Below the pieces are notes generated by a model that saw only the letters and a list, made by a program, of their open reading frames with translations, was not told where the DNA came from and made no database searches. A DNA stretch of 64,000 nt. It comes from Candidatus Omnitrophota bacterium (GTDB lineage Bacteria; Omnitrophota; Gorgyraeia; Zapsychrales; Fredricksoniimonadaceae). This document shows, piece after piece, positions 11,406-20,321 of the stretch. Where the stretch lies: NCBI GenBank assembly GCA_028865345.1, contig JAGWKL010000003.1, positions 184 through 64,183 of the forward strand, in the 5' to 3' direction. The first letter of the stretch is position 1. Each line of letters starts with the position of its first letter. Made by a program: the position numbers and the translations under genes.

Positions 11406-11434
11406 AAAAGGCCCAATTGCTTCGACGTCGAAAA
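11406..11434 (+). repeat. Short hairpin repeat, family 2 (right-truncated copy)
   Basis: AAAAGGCCCAATTGCTTCGACGTCGAAAA; first 21 nt identical to the copy at 58727. Confidence 0.7.
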
Positions 11435-11436
11435 CT

Positions 11437-12342
11437 ATGAACGCTATCTGCATAAAGGGTTTGGTCAAGACCTACCGCACCGGCACCCAGGCGCTTAAAG
11501 GGGTCGATTTAAGCATTGCCGACGGAGATTTCTTCGCGCTTCTGGGCGCCAACGGAGCCGGCAAGACCACCATCATCGGGATCTTGACAGGCCTGGTCAC
11601 CAAGACGGGGGGCAAGGTCGAGATCTTCGGCCATGATATCGACACGGATTTTGAAGCGGCCAAAAAATCGATCGGGGTGGTGCCCCAGGAGTTCAATTTC
11701 CACATGTTCGAGCAGGTGCAGGACATCGTGGTCAACCAGGCGGGCTATTTCGGTATCGATCATAAGACCGCCCTGAAGGACTCCCAAGAGATCCTCAAAC
11801 GGGTAGGGCTTTGGGAGAAGCGCAAAGCGATCAGCCGCACGCTCTCCGGAGGCATGAAGCGCAGGCTGATGATCGCCCGCGGCCTCATCCATCATCCCCG
11901 CATGCTGATCCTGGATGAGCCCACCGCCGGGGTCGACGTCGAGCTTCGCCACGGCATGTGGGAATATTTAAGGCAGATCAATGCCGCGGGCACGACCATC
12001 CTGTTGACCACGCATTACCTCGAAGAGGTCGAACAAATGTGCAACAACTGCGCGATTATCAAGGAAGGCGAGATCGTGCTTCTGGACAATGTGCGCCATC
12101 TTCTTACCAAGGTTCCCCAAGACACCTACCGGGTGACCGTCAAGGAAATGCTGTCCCTGGACCAGGTGCGTTCATTTAATCCCGTTAAGATCGACGAGCA
12201 CACCCTGGACATCGAAATCCAAAAGCGCGAAGAACTCAATGAGGTGATCCTGAAACTGGCCCAGAGCGGCTTTGTGATCACGGATTTCCACCCCAAAGGC
12301 AACCGTCTGGAAAAATTGTTCCTGGAGATCGTTCAACGATGA
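11437..12342 (+). CDS. ABC transporter ATP-binding protein (YadG-like)
   Basis: Walker A GANGAGKTT, LSGGMKRR, LILDEPTAGVD, TTHYLEE. Confidence 0.93.
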   Translation: MNAICIKGLVKTYRTGTQALKGVDLSIADGDFFALLGANGAGKTTIIGILTGLVTKTGGKVEIFGHDIDTDFEAAKKSIGVVPQEFNFHMFEQVQDIVVNQAGYFGIDHKTALKDSQEILKRVGLWEKRKAISRTLSGGMKRRLMIARGLIHHPRMLILDEPTAGVDVELRHGMWEYLRQINAAGTTILLTTHYLEEVEQMCNNCAIIKEGEIVLLDNVRHLLTKVPQDTYRVTVKEMLSLDQVRSFNPVKIDEHTLDIEIQKREELNEVILKLAQSGFVITDFHPKGNRLEKLFLEIVQR

Positions 12343-13109
12343 AAAGGGATTATTATATCGCTTTAAAGACCATCGTGCGCAAAGAGACCACCCGGATCAT
12401 CCGTATCTGGACCCAGACGCTTTTGCCGCCGTTGATCACCCAGACCTTATATTTCGTCATTTTCGGCAAGTTCATCGGCTCCCAGGTGGCGGCCATCCAC
12501 GGCGTCAGTTACATGGAATTCATCGTTCCGGGTCTCGTCATGATGGCGGTCATCAGCAATGCCTACGGCAACGTGGTGGCTTCTTTCTATGGCGCCAAAT
12601 TCCAGCGCAATATCGAGGAGATCTTAATATCCCCGGCCCCGGACTGGGTGATCATCGTCGGCTATGCGCTGGGCGGGGTGGTGCGCGGGGTGGTGGTGGG
12701 CTTTTTGGTTTTCGGCGTGTCCTTGTTTTTTGCCCATGCCACGGTGACGCATTGGTGGGCGGTCATCCTGTTTACTTTGTTTAGTTCCGTGCTGTTCTCC
12801 CTGGCGGCCCTGATCAACGGCATTTTTGCCCAAAATTTCGACGAGGTCGCATTTTTTCAGAATTTTATCCTCACACCATTAATCTATCTGGGCGGCGTTT
12901 TTTATTCCATCCACAGCCTGCCGCAAGCCTGGCAAAAAATATCGTTGTATAATCCGCTGGTGTACATGGTCAATGGTTTCAGGTATGGTTTTTTCGGGTT
13001 TTCAGACGTGGATCCTGGGGTGTGTTTGGTGATTTTGGTTGTCTTGACGGCCGTCCTGATGGCCATCAATTTATTTCTATTCAAAAAAGGCATAGGCCTT
13101 AAAAATTGA
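12339..13109 (+). CDS. ABC-2 type permease (YadH-like)
   Basis: RIWTQTLLPP, YMEFIVPGLVMM, LTPLIYLGGVFYS, NPLVYMVNGFRYG. Confidence 0.92.
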   Translation: MKRDYYIALKTIVRKETTRIIRIWTQTLLPPLITQTLYFVIFGKFIGSQVAAIHGVSYMEFIVPGLVMMAVISNAYGNVVASFYGAKFQRNIEEILISPAPDWVIIVGYALGGVVRGVVVGFLVFGVSLFFAHATVTHWWAVILFTLFSSVLFSLAALINGIFAQNFDEVAFFQNFILTPLIYLGGVFYSIHSLPQAWQKISLYNPLVYMVNGFRYGFFGFSDVDPGVCLVILVVLTAVLMAINLFLFKKGIGLKN

Positions 13110-13120
13110 GGGAGGATTTT

Positions 13121-13693
13121 ATGCGTCAACAAGTTCAAGCGCTGGTCGTGTTGGGGGCATTGTTAATAACATCAAGGGTTTTCGCCGCGGACACCTATGT
13201 GATTGACCCTCACCATACGTCTTTTTCTTTCATGGTCAAACACATGATGATCAGCAATGTGCCCGGGGAGTTCGATAAATTCAACGGGACAGTCACCTAT
13301 GATCCTAAGGATCTGGCCGCCTCCAGGGCGGAGGTGACTATTGATGCCGCCAGCATTGATACCCGTGTTGCCATGCGGGATGCGGACCTCAAAAGCCCGC
13401 ACTTCTTTGATGTGGCGAAGTATCCTGTGATCACCTTTGTCGCCACCAAATTCACTCCGGGCTACATTACCGGTGATTTGACCATGAAAGGCCTCACCAA
13501 GAGAATTACCATCCCTGTGACCATTGCAGGGCCGGTCAATGAAATGGGGCACCAAGCCATCGGCATTACAGGGACAACCACCATCAACCGCCAGGATTGG
13601 GGTATCAGCTGGAACAAAACGCTGGATCAGGGCGGGGTGGCGGTATCCAATGACGTGCTTCTCACTATAAGTATAGAGGCGGACAGGAAATAG
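13121..13693 (+). CDS. YceI family periplasmic lipid/polyisoprenoid-binding protein
   Basis: Signal peptide, IDPHHT.FSF.VKHM, SIDT...RDADLKS..FFDV.KYP; ATG after GGAGG. Confidence 0.92.
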   Translation: MRQQVQALVVLGALLITSRVFAADTYVIDPHHTSFSFMVKHMMISNVPGEFDKFNGTVTYDPKDLAASRAEVTIDAASIDTRVAMRDADLKSPHFFDVAKYPVITFVATKFTPGYITGDLTMKGLTKRITIPVTIAGPVNEMGHQAIGITGTTTINRQDWGISWNKTLDQGGVAVSNDVLLTISIEADRK

Positions 13694-13748
13694 CCTTTTT
13701 ATCAAGCTGTTGGGAATGAATAATTTAGGATTCTGATGTATTAAAAGG

Positions 13749-13781
13749 TCCCCGTTGACATTTGTCGACGGGGATTTTTTT
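13749..13781 (+). terminator. Rho-independent terminator after yceI
   Basis: TCCCCGTTGACA / TGTCGACGGGGA stem followed by T7. Confidence 0.8.
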
Positions 13782-13917
13782 GCGCAAGCGTTTTCCCGAA
13801 ATGGGCCTGTAGGCCTTGTTTTCGCATAGACGGATGTTATTCTTGAAGTAGCAGCCTAAAGGGCCTCGTACCTTTGGGTTGTGAGTCCCTCGTTGCGGGA
13901 CGGAAAGGATGGTCCGT

Positions 13918-14583
13918 ATGAATACCATTACATTCATTCTGGATCCTCTGCGAACGGTGTTCGGTATCATCTCAAGTTTTGTCCCTACAGTGTTAGGGGT
14001 GCTGGCCGCGCTGGTTGTCGGTGGATTGGTGGCCCGGGAGACGGGCAAACTGGTTGGTGCTGTTTTAAAGCACATCCATGTTGATCGTATAAGCCATGAA
14101 ATCGGTCTGACGCACACCCTGGAAGCTGGAGGGATCAAGCGCTCCGTCAGTGACCTGATCGGTACGGTCATCAGCTGGGGCGTTATGATTACGGCGCTCG
14201 TGATCGCATTAACGTACGCGGGCGTTACCATTATCGGTCCCATCACCGGTCCTGTCATGGCTTATGTGCCATCCGTATTGACGGGTGTGGTGACCCTGAT
14301 GGTAGGCATGTTTTTGGCCCATATCGTGGCGGTATTTGTCCGCCTGATTGCGGCCAATACCAGCATGCCCAGGCCGGACCTGCTGGCGTCTTTTACCAGA
14401 TGGGCGGTCGTATTGATGGCTGTCGGCGTCTTTGTCAACAAGATCGGTTTTGGTTTCTTGTTGACCGGCGCGCCGCTGACCATGCTGGTAGGGGGCTTGA
14501 GCCTGGGGTTAGGCCTGGCCTTTGGTTTAGGCGGTAAAGATCACGCGTCCCATTACCTGGATCGTCTGTTGAAAAACAAGTGA
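13918..14583 (+). CDS. Membrane protein with two conserved-TM-helix repeats (MscS-associated TM_helix type)
   Basis: Repeats SFVPTVLG.. and AYVPSVLT..; C-terminal GLGLAFGLGGKD; alternative start 13909. Confidence 0.8.
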   Translation: MNTITFILDPLRTVFGIISSFVPTVLGVLAALVVGGLVARETGKLVGAVLKHIHVDRISHEIGLTHTLEAGGIKRSVSDLIGTVISWGVMITALVIALTYAGVTIIGPITGPVMAYVPSVLTGVVTLMVGMFLAHIVAVFVRLIAANTSMPRPDLLASFTRWAVVLMAVGVFVNKIGFGFLLTGAPLTMLVGGLSLGLGLAFGLGGKDHASHYLDRLLKNK

Positions 14584-14625
14584 TCTCCCTCGCCGTTCCG
14601 AAATGGGGCGGGACGGCATCCACAC

Positions 14626-14660
14626 GCCGGTAGTCCGTAAGGGCTACCGGCTATCCTTTT
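14626..14660 (+). terminator. Probable terminator hairpin
   Basis: GCCGGTAGTCC-GTAA-GGGCTACCGGC followed by TATCCTTTT. Confidence 0.6.
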
Positions 14661-14661
14661 A

Positions 14662-14707
14662 GCTGCCCCCAACCTCGATTTTACGCAGTCGAAGCAATAG
14701 GGCCTTT
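14662..14707 (-). repeat. Short hairpin repeat, family 2
   Basis: Minus strand reads AAAGGCCCTATTGCTTCGACTGCGTAAAATCGAGGTTGGGGGCAGC. Confidence 0.7.
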
Positions 14708-14815
14708 GATTGCCGCCCGTCCTTTTAATTCCGCTGATGTTCCGCTTCCGCCACCTTTTTTATATTGTATCCCGATTGGGTTATGCTATACTGTTGAGCA
14801 TCAAAAAGGCCTGTT

Positions 14816-15157
14816 ATGGATGGTGATAAACGCGCAAACCCGCGATTTTTGTATTCCGAGCCGGTGTCCTACGGGTTGCCTGAGGTCACTGTTAACGGCA
14901 GTATCGCGCGGAACATCAGTTTAAGCGGCATTTCTTTAAAAGCCCAGGGATTTGTTCCTTTGGGAACCGTCTTGGAGCTTCAAATACGTCCGCAAGATTC
15001 TCCCAAGATCATTTGGGCCAGGGCAAAAGTTGTCCGTATACGCCAGTTGTTTTCCGAAGATTGTTACGAGATCGGCCTTGAATTCATCAGGGATAAAGAG
15101 ACCATGAGAGCTGTCGGCAGGCTTATAGGTGCCGGTTTAAACCAACAAGTTAAATAA
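14816..15157 (+). CDS. PilZ domain protein
   Basis: RxxxR (RANPR) and [DN]xSxxG (NISLSG); AKVVR, YEIGLEF. Confidence 0.85.
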   Translation: MDGDKRANPRFLYSEPVSYGLPEVTVNGSIARNISLSGISLKAQGFVPLGTVLELQIRPQDSPKIIWARAKVVRIRQLFSEDCYEIGLEFIRDKETMRAVGRLIGAGLNQQVK

Positions 15158-15173
15158 GAGGAGTCAAAGAGTT

Positions 15174-15392
15174 ATGGCAGAAGCTGCTGCAGGAGCCCCG
15201 GTGGCCGAAGAAGTCAAAAATTGTCCCGCGTGCAAGAAACCTTTAAAGAAGGCAAGACGTTTCTACCGCAACGGCGCGTACTATTGCAATAACAATTGTT
15301 TCAAGAAAGCCCAGGCCTCCAGGGTGGCCGCAGCCCCGGCCGCTGAGAAAACGGGCCCGTCTGCTGAGGCGCAAGAGAAACCTCAATCCTAA
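15174..15392 (+). CDS. Small zinc-finger protein
   Basis: CPAC...YYCNNNC with Ala-rich tails; SD GAGGAG upstream. Confidence 0.7.
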   Translation: MAEAAAGAPVAEEVKNCPACKKPLKKARRFYRNGAYYCNNNCFKKAQASRVAAAPAAEKTGPSAEAQEKPQS

Positions 15393-15406
15393 AAGGGGGA
15401 GATCAA

Positions 15407-15802
15407 GTGCCTCTTCACTCCTCACTGCCTTTTTCCCAGGAAAAACGCCGCCATCCTCGATTAGAGAGCAAGATCCCCATCAAAATATCCGACGGTCATG
15501 GGGACATCCTTACGGAAACGAGAAACCTGAGTTGTTCCGGCGCGTTTTGCCGCGTTGATCAGAGGCTCGAGGTGATGAGCAGGCTGAAGATCCACCTGCT
15601 GTTGCCTTTTCGCAAAAATGACAAGGTGGTGACCAGAAAAGTCACCTGCCAGGGAGTCATCGTACGCGTGCAAGCCTCCCATGACGGGGATTATTATGAT
15701 ACGGCCATTTTTTTCAGCGACATAGCCCCCAAAGACAGCCGCGCCATTGGTGAGTTCATTGAAAGCATGGTGGAGAGTAAAAATTATGGACAATACAATT
15801 AA
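15407..15802 (+). CDS. PilZ domain protein
   Basis: EKRRHPR and NLSCSGA motifs; GVIVRV, AIFF. Confidence 0.85.
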   Translation: MPLHSSLPFSQEKRRHPRLESKIPIKISDGHGDILTETRNLSCSGAFCRVDQRLEVMSRLKIHLLLPFRKNDKVVTRKVTCQGVIVRVQASHDGDYYDTAIFFSDIAPKDSRAIGEFIESMVESKNYGQYN

Positions 15803-15962
15803 TTTATCCGTGACCCCTTTTCAGGCGCTTCTGGCTTTGGCTTTTCAGGTGTGGATGATCGTCTTTCCCGTCATCCTGATCCGTAAAATCAATTATTTGA
15901 CCGACCTGCTGCACGAGCATTTGGATGAAGACCAACAACGCGAGTCGCCCGGCAATTCCTAA
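15786..15962 (+). CDS. Small single-TM hypothetical protein
   Basis: ATG 15786 after GGAGAG; hydrophobic FQALLALAFQVWMIVFPVILI and acidic tail. Confidence 0.6.
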   Translation: MDNTINLSVTPFQALLALAFQVWMIVFPVILIRKINYLTDLLHEHLDEDQQRESPGNS

Positions 15963-16635
15963 ATTGAAAATTCCCGTCCTGTATGAAGACGCCGATTGCC
16001 TGGTATTCAATAAACCGTCCGGACTTTTAGTTGTCCCTGCCGGCAAAAACGAGCGCCGTACGCTTGGGGCTATCGTCAATGAAGAACGCCGGGGACAGCA
16101 GCGTTTATACCCTGCCCACAGGCTCGACCGTGACACTTCAGGGGCGGTCCTTTTTGCCAAGGGTGAGGACTGCCGGCAGAGGTTGATGCAGTTTTTTAAG
16201 GCCAGGCAGGTCCGTAAAACCTACATCGCTTTTGTTCATGGGCGCCTTAAGGAAGCCCGCGGCAAGATCAGCATTCCCATCAAAGATTTTTATAGTGTCA
16301 AGTTTGCCAGGCACACGCCGGCCCAGTGGGCCCTGACGCATTATGAGGTCCAGGATTATTACAGAAATTTTACGGTCGTCAGGGTGATGCCGGTTACCGG
16401 AAGGACCAACCAGATCCGGATCCACATGGCCCAAATAGGCCACCCTCTGGTGGGTGAAGACAAGTACGCCTTCAGGCGCGATTTTGAATTGCGTTTCAGG
16501 CGCACCGCGCTGCATGCTTGGGCGTTGGAATGGCCGCGGATGACCGGGAAAGGCACAATCAGCGTCGAGGCGCCGCTGGCGCGGGACATGGCGGAGTTTT
16601 TAGAAAAACAAACGACAGACCGCTTCTCTAAATAA
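15925..16635 (+). CDS. RluA family pseudouridine synthase (no S4 domain)
   Basis: NKPSGLLV, HRLDRDTSG, TGRTNQIRIH, HPLVGE. Confidence 0.92.
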   Translation: MKTNNASRPAIPKLKIPVLYEDADCLVFNKPSGLLVVPAGKNERRTLGAIVNEERRGQQRLYPAHRLDRDTSGAVLFAKGEDCRQRLMQFFKARQVRKTYIAFVHGRLKEARGKISIPIKDFYSVKFARHTPAQWALTHYEVQDYYRNFTVVRVMPVTGRTNQIRIHMAQIGHPLVGEDKYAFRRDFELRFRRTALHAWALEWPRMTGKGTISVEAPLARDMAEFLEKQTTDRFSK

Positions 16636-16698
16636 AAATTGAGGTAGCGGCACAATCCTGGAAATCAAATTTATTTATTTTAAGGAAGGAGACCATGG

Positions 16699-17010
16699 AT
16701 GAGCACAAATTATGAAAAATTAAGCCTTAAAGAATGGTGTGACCTTTGCCACAGCATTGCCCGCCAAAAAGGTTTCTGGGACGAAAAGCGCAACATCGGC
16801 GAAGCCCTGATGCTCATCGTCACCGAACTGGCCGAAGCCATGGAAGGCTATCGCCACCAGGACCAGGATAATTTCCGTGAAGAGCTGGCCGACACCTTTA
16901 TCCGTTTGTTCGATCTGTGCGGGGGATTGGGTATCGATATCCAGGCGGAGATCGTCAAGAAATCCGAAAAGAATAAACTGCGTCCGTACAAACATGGGAA
17001 AATTTGTTAA
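16699..17010 (+). CDS. MazG-like nucleotide pyrophosphohydrolase
   Basis: LIVTELAEAME...EELAD.FIRLFDL, K..KN..RPYKHG. Confidence 0.85.
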   Translation: MSTNYEKLSLKEWCDLCHSIARQKGFWDEKRNIGEALMLIVTELAEAMEGYRHQDQDNFREELADTFIRLFDLCGGLGIDIQAEIVKKSEKNKLRPYKHGKIC

Positions 17011-17455
17011 TTTAAGCTTGCTGTTGTTCCTGCTGGTTTTTTCCGGTTGCGCCTTTCGGCCTACGACCGATTACATCGGCAGGGTGGACCATCCTTACGA
17101 CAGAGAAATAAATGCCGGCATGCAGAAGGTGTCCGGCGCCGTTGTTTATGTCTTAAAAAAGAACGGGTGGAGCATTGCCGAAGAGTCCCTGCCGTCCATT
17201 TATGAGCGTAATGAGCGTTATGATCATGGGGTTTATAATACCCTGCTTATTATGACGGGCATTAAAAGACATTTTCACGTGTTCTGTTTCAGTTACACCC
17301 ATTTGAATGTTTTTATTTATTCTTTCGGCCATAGCAGCGAGGTGGAGGTTCGATACGAAGCCGTCACGCCGTTGGTCAGGCAATTTATTTCGACGCACAA
17401 CGATAAGATGGTCAACGGGATTCTGGATGCCATTGAACAAGAGGCCGATCGATGA
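16994..17455 (+). CDS. Putative lipoprotein
   Basis: MGKFVNLSLLLFLLVFSGC lipobox. Confidence 0.7.
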   Translation: MGKFVNLSLLLFLLVFSGCAFRPTTDYIGRVDHPYDREINAGMQKVSGAVVYVLKKNGWSIAEESLPSIYERNERYDHGVYNTLLIMTGIKRHFHVFCFSYTHLNVFIYSFGHSSEVEVRYEAVTPLVRQFISTHNDKMVNGILDAIEQEADR

Positions 17456-17470
17456 TATGATGCAAAAATT

Positions 17471-19444
17471 ATGTCGACGTTTGCCCTTAAAAGCCGTTTT
17501 AAACCCGTCGAAGAGCAGCGCAAGGCCATCGAGGCCCTTACCCGCGGTCTCAATGACGGCGTCAATGCCCAAACGCTCCTTGGTGTCACCGGCAGCGGCA
17601 AGACCTTCACGATCGCCAATGTCATCCAAAACGTCAACCGTCCCGCCCTGGTGATTTCCCACAATAAGACCCTGGCCGCCCAGCTTTACAGCGAGCTCAA
17701 GGAATTCTTTCCCGGCAACGCCGTTGAATATTTTGTCAGTTATTACGATTACTACCAGCCCGAGGCCTACATCCCCCAAACCGATATTTATATCGAAAAA
17801 GATTCTTCCATCAATGACCGCCTGGACCGCCTGCGCCTGGCCGCCACGACCTCGCTGATGTCCCGCCGGGACACCATTATCGTGGCCAGCGTATCCTGCA
17901 TTTATAACCTGGGTTCCCCGCAGGATTATCAAAACCAGATGGTGGGGCTGGCCGTCGGGCAAAAAAAAGACCGTGACGAAGTGCTCTCTCAACTGGTTGC
18001 CATCCAGTACGAGCGCAATGACTATGATTTCACCCGAGGGAAAATACGCGTGCGCGGGGACATTGTGGAGATCCAGCCGGCCTACCGCCAGGACGCCCTA
18101 AGGATCGAATTCTTCGATGATGAGATCGAGAAGATCAGGCAGATCGATCCTGTGTCCGGTGAGACCATAGCGCAATTGGACAAGACCTTTATTTATCCGG
18201 CCAAGCATTTTTTGATCTCGCCTCCGGGCTTAAAACAGGCCTTGCTTGATATGGAGGCCGAATTGAAAGCCAGGGTCCGGGAGTTGGAGTCCCAGGGCAA
18301 ACTCGTCGAGGCCCAGCGTCTGAATTCACGCACCCGTTACGACATGGAAATGCTCAAGGAAATAGGGATGTGCAAGGGCATTGAGAATTATTCCAGGATC
18401 CTTTCAGGAAGGCCGGCGGGCAGCCGGCCGTTTTGCCTTCTGGATTATTTCCCCGACGATTTTCTCACCATCATCGACGAGAGCCATGTCACCGTCCCGC
18501 AGTTGGGGGGCATGTATGAGGGGGACCGCTCGCGCAAGGAAATGCTGGTGGCCCACGGGTTCAGGCTGCCTTCCTGCCTCGACAACCGTCCTCTCAAGTT
18601 CCATGAAGTCGAGGCTCTTTTAAAGCAGCGCATTTATATGTCCGCCACCCCCGGGCCCTATGAACGCAAAGACTCAACCGCACACGTCGTGGAGCAGCTC
18701 ATACGTCCGACGGGGATCATCGATCCGCCCATTTTAGTGCGGCCCACGGAGGACCAGGTGGAAGACCTCATCAAAGAATGCCGGCAGCGGGCCTCTCAAA
18801 ATGAACGGGTGCTGGTTACGACCCTGACCAAGCGCATGGCCGAGGACCTGTGTTCTTATTGTGAAGATGCCGGTTTAAAGGTCAAATACCTGCATTCGGA
18901 CATCGAGACCATTGACCGTACCAGGATCCTGCAGGAGCTGCGTCAAAAAAAGTTCGATTGCCTCATCGGCGTCAACCTTCTGCGTGAAGGATTGGACTTG
19001 CCGGAGGTCTCTTTAGTTGCTATATTTGACGCGGACAAACAAGGGTTTTTGCGCTCCCAGACATCCCTGGTGCAAACGGCCGGCCGTGCCGCGCGTAACA
19101 TCCATGGGACGGTTATCATGTATGCGGACACTGTTTCTGTGGGGATGAAATCCGCTATTGCGGAATGTGAGCGCCGCCGTAAAATTCAAATGGAATTTAA
19201 CGCAAAACACGGGATCACGCCGACCAGCATTGCCAAAGCCATTAATCTGGGGATTGAGGAATACGCCGAAGCCGAGGATATGGTCATGGAAGCGAGCGGG
19301 CAGACCGACGAAGAGTTTGCGTTCTCCAATTATATCAGCGATCTTGAAGGGCAGATGGAAGCTGCAGCAAGAAATCTTGAATTTGAAAAGGCGGCCAGGA
19401 TCAGGGACAAGATCAAGGAATTAAAGAATGTTGCTAGCCGTTGA
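17471..19444 (+). CDS. uvrB: Excinuclease ABC subunit B
   Basis: LLGVTGSGKT, YFVSYYDYYQPEAY, DESH, DNRPL, NLLREGLD, GRAARN, C-terminal UVR domain. Confidence 0.97.
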   Translation: MSTFALKSRFKPVEEQRKAIEALTRGLNDGVNAQTLLGVTGSGKTFTIANVIQNVNRPALVISHNKTLAAQLYSELKEFFPGNAVEYFVSYYDYYQPEAYIPQTDIYIEKDSSINDRLDRLRLAATTSLMSRRDTIIVASVSCIYNLGSPQDYQNQMVGLAVGQKKDRDEVLSQLVAIQYERNDYDFTRGKIRVRGDIVEIQPAYRQDALRIEFFDDEIEKIRQIDPVSGETIAQLDKTFIYPAKHFLISPPGLKQALLDMEAELKARVRELESQGKLVEAQRLNSRTRYDMEMLKEIGMCKGIENYSRILSGRPAGSRPFCLLDYFPDDFLTIIDESHVTVPQLGGMYEGDRSRKEMLVAHGFRLPSCLDNRPLKFHEVEALLKQRIYMSATPGPYERKDSTAHVVEQLIRPTGIIDPPILVRPTEDQVEDLIKECRQRASQNERVLVTTLTKRMAEDLCSYCEDAGLKVKYLHSDIETIDRTRILQELRQKKFDCLIGVNLLREGLDLPEVSLVAIFDADKQGFLRSQTSLVQTAGRAARNIHGTVIMYADTVSVGMKSAIAECERRRKIQMEFNAKHGITPTSIAKAINLGIEEYAEAEDMVMEASGQTDEEFAFSNYISDLEGQMEAAARNLEFEKAARIRDKIKELKNVASR

Positions 19445-20165
19445 TATAGGCAATACCACCATCGGCTTTGCCGTGCTCAACAACTCCGGGCGGATCAAAT
19501 CGTCGGTTGTCATTGATACGGATTCAAAGACCGGCAGGATAAAGGCGGTGGTTGCCAAGATTTTGAAAGCCGGGGGACTCAAAAGGGCCATCATATGCTC
19601 TGTTGTCCCCCGGGTTTCGAAGGTGCTGGAGAATATTTTAAAAAAGAGCATGCCTGTTGATATCATAGGCCGGGATATCTTCGTGCCGGTCAGGAACCGT
19701 TATAAAAATCCGAAACAAGTGGGCCAGGACCGTTTGGTGGGCGCTTTCGGCGCCATGAAAATTTATGGCCGCCCGTTGATCGTAGTAGACTTGGGAACAG
19801 CCGTCACCTTTGACGTTATCTCGCCCAAGGGGGAATATTTGGGGGGCGCCATCGTCCCGGGCCTTCGCTTGTCCGCGGAATCCCTATTTTTGAAAACCGC
19901 GCTTTTGCCCCATATCGAGATTGCGGCCCCGCGCCGGATCATAGGGAGAACGACCCGGGAAAGCATCCTTAGCGGCCTGTTTTATGGCTATGGCTCATTA
20001 TGCCGCGGGTTTATTGATTTAATAAGCCGGCAAATCAATCCCAAACCTAAGGTGGTGATGACCGGAGGGCATACCCGTCTCATGAAAAAGTTTGTCTCGC
20101 CTAAAATCCGCATTATTGATGAAGATTTAGTGTTTAAAGGGATTTATTTCTTGTCACGTTCATAA
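19428..20165 (+). CDS. coaX: Type III pantothenate kinase
   Basis: LLAVDIGNT, SVVP, VGQDR, VDLGTAVTFD, GGAIVPG, TGG. Confidence 0.93.
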   Translation: MLLAVDIGNTTIGFAVLNNSGRIKSSVVIDTDSKTGRIKAVVAKILKAGGLKRAIICSVVPRVSKVLENILKKSMPVDIIGRDIFVPVRNRYKNPKQVGQDRLVGAFGAMKIYGRPLIVVDLGTAVTFDVISPKGEYLGGAIVPGLRLSAESLFLKTALLPHIEIAAPRRIIGRTTRESILSGLFYGYGSLCRGFIDLISRQINPKPKVVMTGGHTRLMKKFVSPKIRIIDEDLVFKGIYFLSRS

Positions 20166-20192
20166 CTAATTATATTTTATATAGATACAAAC

Positions 20193-20220
20193 TTGACAAG
20201 CCACTATTATATGTTAATCT
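20193..20220 (+). promoter_or_regulatory. Putative sigma70 promoter of the giant gene
   Basis: TTGACA-16 bp-TAATCT with TG extension, in an AT-rich intergenic region. Confidence 0.45.
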
Positions 20221-20321
20221 TTCATAAATTGGTAAGAAAACGTTTTTTAATGTTGTTTTTCCAACCTAAGGCGGATTCCCTTGGGTAGATAGAAAATTCA
20301 TTCACGTAAGGAGAACAGTAA

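Noticed and set aside
17153-17992. Long antisense ORFs (here, and e.g. 7404-8147, 30699-31409, 32190-32897)
   Set aside because: They are shadows of well-supported genes in GC-rich coding DNA and have no recognisable motifs.
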